This document shows positions 9,788 to 19,311 of a stretch of DNA of 64,000 bases, piece by piece. A program made the translations under genes and the position numbers. The notes below the pieces were generated by a model that saw only the letters and a list, made by a program, of their open reading frames with translations, was not told where the DNA came from and ran no database searches. How positions within the stretch are numbered: position 1 is the first letter of the stretch; every line of letters starts with the position of its first letter. The stretch comes from an uncultured Fibrobacterota bacterium. Lineage in GTDB: Bacteria > Fibrobacterota > Chitinivibrionia > Chitinivibrionales > WJKA01. The DNA lies in contig CAZPUS010000001.1 of assembly GCA_964589825.1 (NCBI GenBank), forward strand, positions 100,486 through 164,485, given 5' to 3'.

Positions 9788-9947
9788 CCTGAATTGAGCC
9801 TTTTTATTTGCGAAACCTGCTTCAATCCGTACTGCGTGCGTTTTACGAGAATGAGAGGGCTCGCATCACGGTTAAGCACTCATTTAAGATGACACAATAA
9901 CAGCACGGGTCATCGTAACCTCAATCCATACAATCACTCGGTTGGGG
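9788..9947 (+). mobile_element. MITE-like dispersed repeat, full-length degenerate copy
   Basis: Left end CCTGAATTGAGC; 9788-9833 matches 59211-59256 at 37/46. Right part is colinear with 50379-50444. Confidence 0.6.
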
Positions 9948-10175
9948 GAGGGTACCCGCAAAAACAACGTGCAAAATGCTATTTTTTATCCATTATATTA
10001 CCTCAAGGGAGTGAGTAACCATAGGCATATTTGCCCGGGCACGACCGGCTCTTTAGCAAATGAACGAGGTATTCCCCCGGGAGTTGGAAGTGACTGATTT
10101 TGCTCATGGAACCTCGTTAGTTAGCTATACCACAGGCACTAAAATCGGACATGGTGACAGAGGATTGGTACCGAG

Positions 10176-10910
10176 ATGAAATATATTACCATATGTCTTC
10201 TTTCTCTTGTTTGCATGGTTCAGGGCAAGGAAACCGTCTACGTACTGCACGGCTACCTCAGCCACCCCATCGCCATGCACGGCACGGTAAAAGAAATCGA
10301 ACGGCACGGCTTCGATGTGGTCAATTACGGCTACAACAGCGTTACCCTCGACATCCGGGATATCGCTACACAACTGAAACAACAGCTGCGTTCTTACGGT
10401 TCAATGGATACGATCCATTTTGTGACGCATTCCATGGGTGGACTGGTGGTGCGCGCGCTTGTACAGCAAAGCAGAAATGATACGCTGATGCCGGTAATCG
10501 ACCGCATTGTCATGCTGACACCGCCGAACAAGGGATCGGAACTCGCAGATTTTTTTTCGCAAATACGGGTCCTGGACTGGATACTTGGTCCCAATTTGGA
10601 TAATATGACGACCGATACCGGTGCGCTGTGGCACACCCTCTCCAAGATGCAGGAACAACGTGTCGGCATTATCGCGGGTATGAGCTTCAGAGATGCCCGA
10701 TTCTCACCAATTATGGAATGTCCCCACGACGGAAAAGTCACCGTCTCCAGGGCAATGCTCAACCGGGGAGAAGACAGAATAATCGTAAAGCAGAATCATC
10801 GCCAGGTTCTTTTCAGCACGCAAATACGAAAAAAGATAGTTTCCTATCTTACCACAGGAAGTTTTCAGTTCCCTCCGGCTTCGAAAACCGATGTCGGGTC
10901 TTCAAAATAA
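10176..10910 (+). CDS. Exported alpha/beta hydrolase (lipase/esterase-like)
   Basis: Signal peptide, LHG oxyanion motif, nucleophile elbow THSMGG, TPPNKGS and HDGKV. Confidence 0.85.
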   Translation: MKYITICLLSLVCMVQGKETVYVLHGYLSHPIAMHGTVKEIERHGFDVVNYGYNSVTLDIRDIATQLKQQLRSYGSMDTIHFVTHSMGGLVVRALVQQSRNDTLMPVIDRIVMLTPPNKGSELADFFSQIRVLDWILGPNLDNMTTDTGALWHTLSKMQEQRVGIIAGMSFRDARFSPIMECPHDGKVTVSRAMLNRGEDRIIVKQNHRQVLFSTQIRKKIVSYLTTGSFQFPPASKTDVGSSK

Positions 10911-10918
10911 TCCGCGGT

Positions 10919-11006
10919 CTCAAATTGAACGCGGGTGATTGGGTTTGAGTAATCTGCTGCGATCAAAACTGCCCTTGCGTCCCCTCAAATAATCGATCGG
11001 TTCAGG
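10919..11006 (+). mobile_element. MITE-like repeat, internally deleted copy
   Basis: Left CTCAAATTGAAC, core AATCTGCTGCGATC (10951-10964), right GATCGGTTCAGG followed by TTAAA. Confidence 0.4.
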
Positions 11007-12410
11007 TTAAAAACCATCCATCAATGAGTGTTTTTTAAGATAGTGCATATGATGTGCACGTGCGATTGTTACGCCGTCGCCGTTGGTTTCGAGCAAATCG
11101 AGTTGATAGATATCGCGAGGACCGAACGACGTGCCGTGTTCGTCGGTCAATACACTCAATTGCGGCTTGGTAAAATGAGTACCGTTGGCTTTGATCACCT
11201 TGGCAATTCTTCCGTCATTGAGTTCCACGATACTCCCGACCGGAAAAAGTGACGCATAGGTGAGAAACGGGACAGTTTTATAATTGCTGATCAGGCCCGC
11301 ACGTGTCATACGTACAATCATCTCCATGGCCTTGTAAGGCATATACGCATCCCGATATGGCCTGCGCGAAGAAAGCGCTTCATACATATCGGCAAGTTGC
11401 ACAATCTGGGCAAATTGATGGATAAGGCGGGAATGACGCTGCTTCGGATATCCCTTCCCGTTAATTCGCTCATGAATCTGATAGGCGATAAGCGGCGTCG
11501 TTGACGGAAGGCGGGTCACGTTTTCGAGTACGTGCAGACCAAGCATGGGATGTTTCATAACCTCGAACCATTCCGATTCTGTCAATTTGCCATTTTTATC
11601 CCATATCCGGGACGGTATCAGCAGCATTCCGATATCGTGCAGCAGCGCACCGATACCTATCTCTTTAACCTGCTCTTCATTGTATCCCATAGCCGCGGCG
11701 ATATTGATACTGAGAAGAGATACGTTCAGGGTATGTGAAAAGAGGTAGGCGTGTGCATTAGAATTACTCCCTGAAATATTAAGCAGTATGTTTCGATCGG
11801 TCAGAAACAGCTCCACAAAAGTCTCCACGACTTTTTTAATCCTCTTGCCATCCACCGACTCCCCTTTAATAAGTGATGTCAGGATATTTTCGACTTCCCC
11901 GGCAGCATTCTCGTACGATTGTGAAACATTTTGCTTGTACTCTTCGCTGCGATCTTCGGGAGCGATTTCTGACGCGCCATCCGAAAGCGGTTTCCCGACC
12001 GGCTTATCAGAGCCACAGGCAGTTTCGAGTTCACGGTCAAGGTCCTGAATCTTGCTGCTTTCAGATAATTGTTCAAAACCCTTTGCTCCCTGCTCAATTT
12101 TCTTCAACTCAGGAGACTGCAAAACCGTCGCTTCCGGCAGGGCTTTCTCTTCTGCTTGCTCCGACGCATCGAACTCCTGTTCGTCGTCCCCGAGATCCTT
12201 TACCTCATAGTCTCGCTCCATGAGACGATTAATCTCTTCATCCTCAGATTCGGAAATATAAACTTTATGGATGTTGCGGCGTTTTAGTGCATCGATATGT
12301 CCCTGTGAAATTGTCACATCTTTTGATATGAGCAGCTCGCCGTTATGAGAAAAATATTGATGCTGTGACACACTTCCGGCTTCGATACTGGAGAGTTCAA
12401 TCTCTTTCAT
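11007..12410 (-). CDS. HD-GYP domain protein (c-di-GMP phosphodiesterase family)
   Basis: LLHDIG and HER.NGKGYP motifs, a typical ~50-aa N-terminal accessory domain and an acidic linker. Confidence 0.9.
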   Translation of the reverse strand: MKEIELSSIEAGSVSQHQYFSHNGELLISKDVTISQGHIDALKRRNIHKVYISESEDEEINRLMERDYEVKDLGDDEQEFDASEQAEEKALPEATVLQSPELKKIEQGAKGFEQLSESSKIQDLDRELETACGSDKPVGKPLSDGASEIAPEDRSEEYKQNVSQSYENAAGEVENILTSLIKGESVDGKRIKKVVETFVELFLTDRNILLNISGSNSNAHAYLFSHTLNVSLLSINIAAAMGYNEEQVKEIGIGALLHDIGMLLIPSRIWDKNGKLTESEWFEVMKHPMLGLHVLENVTRLPSTTPLIAYQIHERINGKGYPKQRHSRLIHQFAQIVQLADMYEALSSRRPYRDAYMPYKAMEMIVRMTRAGLISNYKTVPFLTYASLFPVGSIVELNDGRIAKVIKANGTHFTKPQLSVLTDEHGTSFGPRDIYQLDLLETNGDGVTIARAHHMHYLKKHSLMDGF

Positions 12411-12412
12411 TA
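12218..12412. repeat. 195-bp direct repeat, copy 1 (5' end of the HD-GYP gene)
   Basis: Identical to 15157-15351 except 12360 A vs 15299 G. Confidence 0.97.
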
Positions 12413-12631
12413 TACTGGCTCCGACAAATAATTATAAGCTGTATTTCGAACTCGTACGTAGTCTGAGGGCACAGGGGGAATGCCACGCTATATCTATAAC
12501 ATAAAATATGTTACTCAAAAATAAACCATGTGTACTACCTGCATAATTGATAGCGAATAGTGATGACAAAAAGAGAATACTTCCATGACTGTGGAGGTGC
12601 TGCTCAATTGGCAAGTTATGCGCTTTATATG

Positions 12632-15073
12632 CTATTCAATACATTCGGCAATCTTTATGCTCCAACAGCGGGATCCGTCCATAAATCGTATAATATTTAC
12701 CTGGGCGCTATTACGAGCTATTCGCACTGACTCACCAGCCAAAAGTCTGCCCTGATTCAAAACACGTCCGGAAAAATTGTGCAGATTCCATTGCACAGAG
12801 ATTGCATTCGGATTATACAGAACTAACGAGCGTGCACCGGATTGCACTGAGATTCTCCCGCTTGAAAGCCTCTTTTGATAATCGATTTCCGGTTTCTCCC
12901 CCTTTATGCCTACTACATCTCCCAGTTGGATCCCACCTGCCAATTCTCCGTTGTGATATACCGGCAACCTGGGCAACAATCTCTCTTCGCCCATTATCAG
13001 ACTATCTCCGGAAAAATCATTCGCAATATCGAAATCTCCATTATTGATGTTTTCAAGACGAATAGTCGCTTTTCTCTTATTATTCCAGTTGATGTCGTCC
13101 CATTTTTTAAAGGGCTGAATGGTATCACCAGGGAAGGAAACTTCGATATATCCATCAGTCTCGTCTATCCAGTGAACAGGTGTAATTTCGGCTTCCACAT
13201 TTGACTCTACTATAGAAGCCCCGAAATCTGCGGTATCGGTTCCGGGCTCCACCGAAAGATAATACCGAAACGACAGGCCTCCAGTACGTCTGGCTGGCCA
13301 ACGCGTTCTGTTATGAAGATAGGTTCGTATCTTTACAAAATCATCTGTCTGCTGCAACAACTCTGCGGAAACAAAAAACTCCCTGTCAGTGGTATATAAA
13401 TCATTGGTAAGACGACGTGATTCCGGCTGAGGAAACTCGCTATCCGACAGTACATCTCCTGTTCCATAGTCGTTATCCAACAACCCACTTAGCATTACCA
13501 TGACCTGTGCATTCCAGTAGAGCGCAACTTCACTGGTCTCATAGTCCATTACCCAATTAGGGAAACTGTCATTCGGCGCGTGCGGCCCGGCCAGGACCCC
13601 GCCGTAAAGCACATGACGACATGAATCGGGACGATAAATCATCGGATAGAGTGGTCCATTCTCCTCATACAAAAAATGATCGTGGCTCGCCCATGCACCA
13701 TACGCTCCGCGATGATGTACGGTCTGCCAGTATCCATTATTCTCGGAATCGCTGTAGCCAATCATATAGCTTCGCTGATATGGATTATCCCCCAGAATGT
13801 AGTCAACTTGGCTCTTCACATAATCACAATACTGTTGCTTCTCGCTGGAATCATAAACAGTAAACAGCATACCGAGCGCCGTCGGATAACTCATTACTCC
13901 AATGGTAAACGCGTCAGCCCTGTTCTTACGATAGTGCAACCCCCCAGGGGATGTCACCACACCATTGGGATCGTCAGGATTTGTCTCACGCCATATACGT
14001 GATGTGCTTTCCACTGCATCATATAATCGCTGCCGTGCAGCATCCGAGAGCAATGAATCATTTGCGGCCTCATTCATTAAAAGATGAAGCATACCGTACT
14101 TGGATTTAACCGAGCGCCACCATTTATAATAATTCGCAGAATTGGGGGCCTCATACATTGTTGATTCTACAGCGGCTGCCATTGTAAACAGGGATCCGTC
14201 ACATTCTCCGGGTGTCATTTCCCTGCAGGCACGATTTGCCCAGGTAAGCCCGAGAATCACATTAGGATATGCAAAATAGTCCCGATAATCTATTTCCCGG
14301 TGATCACCATCAGGATCGATAACAAGCTCTTCTCCTTTGTCGTTAATCTCGATAAATTTATCGAGATAATTCCGCGCATACACAGCACATTTTTTGCCCG
14401 TGCGAAATAAAGTATCCGCATATTCCTCCATCTGGATCTCCCCGTGTAGGGAAAAAACCAACGCAGATGCGCAAAGCGCAGCAGCCATGTGTCCAGCGAC
14501 ATCCGACCCCGGTACAACAGTATCACACTTAACTGCTTCACGAACTGCGTAGCCCTCCATCGCTTCAGGAGATCCCCATCCACTGTGTACTCCAGGCTTA
14601 GGTCCCGGTCTACCGCCAACATCCACATAAATCTCATACTCTGAAAAATCATGAAGAGATTCGGGGTTTTTATCCACTATACACCTTAGAAAATAATCGC
14701 AAATATATTTCAGACCGTTTTTAAGCTCATCATCTTGAAAAGAGGATTTATATGCATCAGGAAATTCAATCATGCTCCACGCAAGCAACATTGCAGACCG
14801 TGCCATTGTATTATTCGATTTCCAGTGGTCTCCCGCATCGTACCACCCCCCCGAAAGATCAAGATCGACATCCGCGCCGTCATGGGTATGAGCTGGTCCT
14901 CTCCAGCTAACCCGGTTATTAGTAGAAAGTCTTCCGGATTCCTGACATTCATAAAAATAGATGCCCATCTGAAGTGCCTTTGCATAATTGAACTCTGCCC
15001 CTGCAACGAAAATCGTGCAAAGAGACGCTACCACAAACTTAATCACAGGCAATGTTTTTCGATTATTAATCAT
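12632..15073 (-). CDS. GH9 endoglucanase with CBM3c and a T9SS-like C-terminal domain
   Basis: Signal peptide; DLSGGWYDAGD, HHRGAYG and DYETSEVA GH9 motifs; YLHNRTRWPAR...LSFRYY CBM3c; basic C-terminal sorting-domain-like tail. Confidence 0.9.
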   Translation of the reverse strand: MINNRKTLPVIKFVVASLCTIFVAGAEFNYAKALQMGIYFYECQESGRLSTNNRVSWRGPAHTHDGADVDLDLSGGWYDAGDHWKSNNTMARSAMLLAWSMIEFPDAYKSSFQDDELKNGLKYICDYFLRCIVDKNPESLHDFSEYEIYVDVGGRPGPKPGVHSGWGSPEAMEGYAVREAVKCDTVVPGSDVAGHMAAALCASALVFSLHGEIQMEEYADTLFRTGKKCAVYARNYLDKFIEINDKGEELVIDPDGDHREIDYRDYFAYPNVILGLTWANRACREMTPGECDGSLFTMAAAVESTMYEAPNSANYYKWWRSVKSKYGMLHLLMNEAANDSLLSDAARQRLYDAVESTSRIWRETNPDDPNGVVTSPGGLHYRKNRADAFTIGVMSYPTALGMLFTVYDSSEKQQYCDYVKSQVDYILGDNPYQRSYMIGYSDSENNGYWQTVHHRGAYGAWASHDHFLYEENGPLYPMIYRPDSCRHVLYGGVLAGPHAPNDSFPNWVMDYETSEVALYWNAQVMVMLSGLLDNDYGTGDVLSDSEFPQPESRRLTNDLYTTDREFFVSAELLQQTDDFVKIRTYLHNRTRWPARRTGGLSFRYYLSVEPGTDTADFGASIVESNVEAEITPVHWIDETDGYIEVSFPGDTIQPFKKWDDINWNNKRKATIRLENINNGDFDIANDFSGDSLIMGEERLLPRLPVYHNGELAGGIQLGDVVGIKGEKPEIDYQKRLSSGRISVQSGARSLVLYNPNAISVQWNLHNFSGRVLNQGRLLAGESVRIARNSAQVNIIRFMDGSRCWSIKIAECIE

Positions 15074-15106
15074 ATTGTCTAACCCCTTTGTGATATGATA
15101 AAAAAT

Positions 15107-15349
15107 TTAAGAATATAAATGCCACACTTTTCTTCCCCTAATAGTCAAGTCAATCCCCATGAGACGATTAATCTCTTCATCCTCAGATTCGGAAATATAA
15201 ACTTTATGGATGTTGCGGCGTTTTAGTGCATCGATATGTCCCTGTGAAATTGTCACATCTTTTGATATGAGCAGCTCGCCGTTATGAGAAAAATATTGGT
15301 GCTGTGACACACTTCCGGCTTCGATACTGGAGAGTTCAATCTCTTTCAT
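15107..15349 (-). pseudogene. Truncated duplicate of the HD-GYP 5' end (64 identical aa + 16 unrelated aa)
   Basis: MKEIELSS...EINRLM is identical to 11007..12410; it has its own GGAGCC RBS. Confidence 0.9.
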
Positions 15350-15351
15350 TA
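15157..15351. repeat. 195-bp direct repeat, copy 2
   Basis: 194/195 identity with 12218-12412; offset 2939 bp. Confidence 0.97.
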
Positions 15352-15555
15352 CATACGGCTCCCAGGAATAGTAGAAAAGTGCTTGCAGGATCTGTATGTG
15401 GCCGGTCAGTGGGGGGATTACTAAACCACATCATAACTATAAAATAAAACAATCACACAAAAATTTCATAACACCTCGTGAAAGGTGCAGTTTTCATAGG
15501 TATGATGAATGGAAAATACGCCAACGAGTTATTTATGCGTATGGCCGAAGAAATA

Positions 15556-17088
15556 CTACCTGTTACACTGCAAATGCATTCCCAGCGTTGTCCCTCCCCA
15601 CACACGATTACCCGTTGTGACCGATTTTCCCCACGGCTGCGATTCACCTCGCGTGGTTCCATCAAGAATCCACGGGATATGCTGGCGCAGTTGGAATTTG
15701 AGCCGTAATCGCTTCTTACGGTACATGAGCGATAGTTGCGGAGTACACATAACTGCACCAACATCCCAGTATTGCTTCTCTCCCAGACTCTCGTATATGG
15801 GAAGGAGGTTGATAATCACTTTTTTCTTTTGTAAGTGCGCACCCGCATACGTTTCAAAGTACCGCGCATGCAGCGAAACCTCCATAGAGCAGCCTTGTAT
15901 ATCGATAGTTTTATCCAGCCGCATACCGATTTCCCGGTACTGCACGCGCGCGTTACTGTATTTATAATCCTGTGGTGCAAATACCGACCATGGTGAAAAA
16001 CTAGACAACTTATAGTGCCCGCGTGGGCTCACGGCATTCAGCATTCCCGCCTTCATGTGCCCGTCTATGCCCCCTTTTATCCGCCACTGTGTATACACAA
16101 CCCCATGACGAACACGGAGCGAATCCATCCTGAAATATTCATACCCTCTGAGCGCCGCATCGTAGCCGATACCCCGTCCGCCGGTTATTGACGCGCGCAG
16201 TCCCATACGCAGCGTGTCGCATAAAAAACCGTGCACGGTTACTCCGCCCCCACCCATATATCCGATTACCTCAGCGTGTGACGGCATCGCATTGTCGGGA
16301 TATATCCATCGGGACGTTTTCAGCCGATATGTGGCGGCCCGAAGATCAAAACCAACACCGGTGGTATGCGCACTGCATTGCAGTGCAACTCTTTTACGGT
16401 GAAAAGAGAGAGGGAAGCTGCGGTAATTCCCTGTCGTCCGGTTTATAAGGCGGCCAGCATAAGATACAACAGGTGCGCTGGACACCCGTGCCCTCAGAGT
16501 AACCGCACGACACTGGTATCGCGGCGAAACAGCCGCAAACCACGGCCCGTTCCAAAACCACTCCTGCGGGCGATCCCGCAACCATACATACATGGAATCG
16601 TTCATAAATTGCGGGGATCGCATCCCTCCGGTATGCAGGTAGAAATCAACCGGACCAATTGAGAATTCACTCCCCACAAGAACAATACTCGTTCGTGTAC
16701 GTGCGGTAACACGGTAATCTTCCGACCTCCTGCAGTAGGTCCCATTATGACGGGCTACAGAAAAGTACATACCCAGAGACGAGTGTTGCCCCCGCAGCGT
16801 TCGCATTCCATGAATTCGAACCAGACCCACCCTGGAATAACACGTATCCTTCGGCGAATCACTCCACTCATATAAAAACGGCTGATAGTCCAACGCAACC
16901 GAAAACGACTGGGAATCGCTGCATATATCGGAAGGAACGCAGAGACCGAAATCACGTGACGTCACCACAGGCAGCAATTCCTGCCCGAAACTATTGATTG
17001 CCGCACCAACACCACACAACACCAAAAAACAAAGGCCGAAGAGAAATCTCTCCGGCCCTGGTTTGCTGTAAAACAATTGCCACCTCAT
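15556..17088 (-). CDS. Hypothetical outer-membrane beta-barrel-like protein
   Basis: Signal-like segment and many alternating aromatic/Gly strands. ATG 17088 overlaps the TGA of the upstream lipoprotein (ATGA). Confidence 0.6.
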   Translation of the reverse strand: MRWQLFYSKPGPERFLFGLCFLVLCGVGAAINSFGQELLPVVTSRDFGLCVPSDICSDSQSFSVALDYQPFLYEWSDSPKDTCYSRVGLVRIHGMRTLRGQHSSLGMYFSVARHNGTYCRRSEDYRVTARTRTSIVLVGSEFSIGPVDFYLHTGGMRSPQFMNDSMYVWLRDRPQEWFWNGPWFAAVSPRYQCRAVTLRARVSSAPVVSYAGRLINRTTGNYRSFPLSFHRKRVALQCSAHTTGVGFDLRAATYRLKTSRWIYPDNAMPSHAEVIGYMGGGGVTVHGFLCDTLRMGLRASITGGRGIGYDAALRGYEYFRMDSLRVRHGVVYTQWRIKGGIDGHMKAGMLNAVSPRGHYKLSSFSPWSVFAPQDYKYSNARVQYREIGMRLDKTIDIQGCSMEVSLHARYFETYAGAHLQKKKVIINLLPIYESLGEKQYWDVGAVMCTPQLSLMYRKKRLRLKFQLRQHIPWILDGTTRGESQPWGKSVTTGNRVWGGTTLGMHLQCNR

Positions 17089-18968
17089 TGCTCGACAAAC
17101 GGCGTAAAAAAGTCTATCCATTCCTGCCGTGTGGTCATGTCAGGGAAAATGCCGCCGAATGTGTAGTCCTTAAAATAGGGAAATGCTTTTTTAAGCATTT
17201 CTTCTTCACTCATTTCCCCGTCTTCCATAAAAAACATCTTGTCATAATCGATCACGTTGTTCTGATCATCGACGTATTTCATAGCCACATAGCTGATAGT
17301 CGAATCGTACTCCACTTCTGTGGTATACCCCTGGGTAAGGGATATCTGGAATGAATACGAATTCCTTTCGATGGTGTCTATTCTCGAGGCCGGGATATCG
17401 ACGATCACGGTATCGTAATCACTTAAATAATGATACAACGTGCTGTCCTCGTACGATAAAGTCCGGGAATAATAACCATCCCTGATACTCTGGAGTCTGT
17501 CATCTCCTGAAACGAGCGTATACCTGGGCCAGCGATCTTTGAGGTCCTTTGCCGGATTAGTGAAGAATTTCGACAGATCGATCTTTATGGTTACATTGAT
17601 ACTGTCAATTGTCTCATTAAACTCATAGGGTCCGGCAAGCAATTCCAAAATAAAATCCATCAACGCGCTCGGACTTGCAAAATTGGCCGACAGGTCCGCA
17701 CTGAAACCTTCCTTGCGCATATCGCTTTCAAACGACGCCATGTCCGATTCCATATCGATCACATCAGTATTGACGAGAAGATCATCGTTCTGATCGTCGG
17801 TTTCATCACGTATCGCACTAAGGCCGTTCTTTATGCCGGTCGGCACTTTCTTTAAATCCTCGTACGCTACCTCGAAATAGTTGTTTTTCATCTCAAGGAA
17901 CCCGTCTCGTGTCAGGTTGTATGCCTGGACCTCAGCCATTTTGCGGCTGATCGCGCCTCCGTCATAAATAGAGGTCTTATACAACGTATCGTTTGACAGG
18001 CGATACCTGATACTGCTTGAATTCTCCATAGTATCCGCGATGTCGATCATGTCGTCGATCCAGCGCATATCCTTTGAGCCATCAGGTGAATGCAAATCAT
18101 AATCATAGATACAGAACATCGCCAGCATCGCTCTGGTGAGACGTACACCGGAAGAAAACAGCATGAGATCACCGCGATCTAACTCTGCAGAATCCCCGTT
18201 AAGGGTAACGATCAGCGACATGTCGTTTTCATTTATCAACCGCTGCGAAGCGGCAAGAACCTGATTGAGTTTTGGGATTACCCCGTGTTTTATTATTCCC
18301 TGAATAAACGACACCGTCAGAAAACGCGGAAAAGCAGGACGTTTTGTCGCCGCGAGCAGCACCTTTGGTGATTCTGCCAGCAATACACGTCCCACACCAT
18401 TTATCCCGGACCTTGCATAGGTATTTTTTAATATTCCGGAAGAAAGCGCAGTAGCCGGAGCTGCCGATTTTGCGCTGCGTTTTGCTGCAGCGGGCATACG
18501 TGTCTCCGAGGCAGATGTATCGGAATAATACTCATCGATCTCGTTGATATATGCCTCGATAGAATCGATAAGCATCTGTATGGAATCATTACTGTTAAGA
18601 GACAACAAACTTGCAACGATCAATCCGAAATTCGCCTTTACATGCGATGTGTCCTGTGCAACCGCCGCGCCGAATCCCCGACGCAGCCCGTCAAAATCGA
18701 TTGCATACATATCCTTTTGATCTTCACAGCTATCCATTTTTTCTACCCGGCTCATTAAGAGGGTATACATCGAATCGATCCCTGCATCAGAGGTATTTGC
18801 ATCCGGATCGATATCGGTCGGAATATCGCCCGGACTGTCATCGTTCACGATATCATCGGATGGTGCGAGTACATTGTCGTCACCCTCGCCGTCAGGAAAA
18901 CATGATACCAGCAACAACGAAACAACCACCACTACCAAACCGCTACCCCATAGGTATGTGTACTTCAT
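17085..18968 (-). CDS. Hypothetical lipoprotein
   Basis: Lipobox LLVSC at Cys23, acidic linker, strong AAGGAGG RBS. Confidence 0.85.
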   Translation of the reverse strand: MKYTYLWGSGLVVVVVSLLLVSCFPDGEGDDNVLAPSDDIVNDDSPGDIPTDIDPDANTSDAGIDSMYTLLMSRVEKMDSCEDQKDMYAIDFDGLRRGFGAAVAQDTSHVKANFGLIVASLLSLNSNDSIQMLIDSIEAYINEIDEYYSDTSASETRMPAAAKRSAKSAAPATALSSGILKNTYARSGINGVGRVLLAESPKVLLAATKRPAFPRFLTVSFIQGIIKHGVIPKLNQVLAASQRLINENDMSLIVTLNGDSAELDRGDLMLFSSGVRLTRAMLAMFCIYDYDLHSPDGSKDMRWIDDMIDIADTMENSSSIRYRLSNDTLYKTSIYDGGAISRKMAEVQAYNLTRDGFLEMKNNYFEVAYEDLKKVPTGIKNGLSAIRDETDDQNDDLLVNTDVIDMESDMASFESDMRKEGFSADLSANFASPSALMDFILELLAGPYEFNETIDSINVTIKIDLSKFFTNPAKDLKDRWPRYTLVSGDDRLQSIRDGYYSRTLSYEDSTLYHYLSDYDTVIVDIPASRIDTIERNSYSFQISLTQGYTTEVEYDSTISYVAMKYVDDQNNVIDYDKMFFMEDGEMSEEEMLKKAFPYFKDYTFGGIFPDMTTRQEWIDFFTPFVEQ

Positions 18969-19072
18969 ATACCCTCCTTAATGGAAAATTAAAAAATGGA
19001 TTGTATCCTATACTGTAAATAAAATAGTACATTCTGCCGGCTGCATCCGGTGAAAGTAAACGTTGCCCCGTA

Positions 19073-19138
19073 ATTTTCGAGAACACAATAGCGGCAGGAC
19101 TCACCGCAGCGTTCATCAAAACAACCGCTCAATTAAAG
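19073..19138 (+). mobile_element. MITE-like repeat, right-half copy
   Basis: 19073-19134 matches 50379-50440 at 54/62, ungapped. Confidence 0.7.
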
Positions 19139-19311
19139 TAGTTTACAATCCGCTAATGTATTTCTCTATAAAAAATACTCGTTTTACCGGGCGGAATAAT
19201 GTCGCACTGTCTTTTGGTGTATCGATAACAATTAATCCATTATTTTGTACCCGAACCGAACCTGCTCGGTTAAGGTTCTGAGTACTCACTCGTAACACCG
19301 GGGAGGAACCA

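Noticed and set aside
12218-15351. 195-bp repeat pair as a DGR template/variable repeat
   Set aside because: Only one mismatch (synonymous), the repeat is at a gene 5' end, and no reverse transcriptase or avd gene is in the window.
18976-18987. Left TIR for the 19073-19138 MITE half (CCTTAATGGAAA)
   Set aside because: 8/12 match only, it overlaps the lipoprotein RBS, and the following sequence does not resemble other left halves.
19254-19276. Possible H-type pseudoknot upstream of cutA
   Set aside because: Stem 2 is only 4 bp with a 1-nt linker; expected by chance and no family match.
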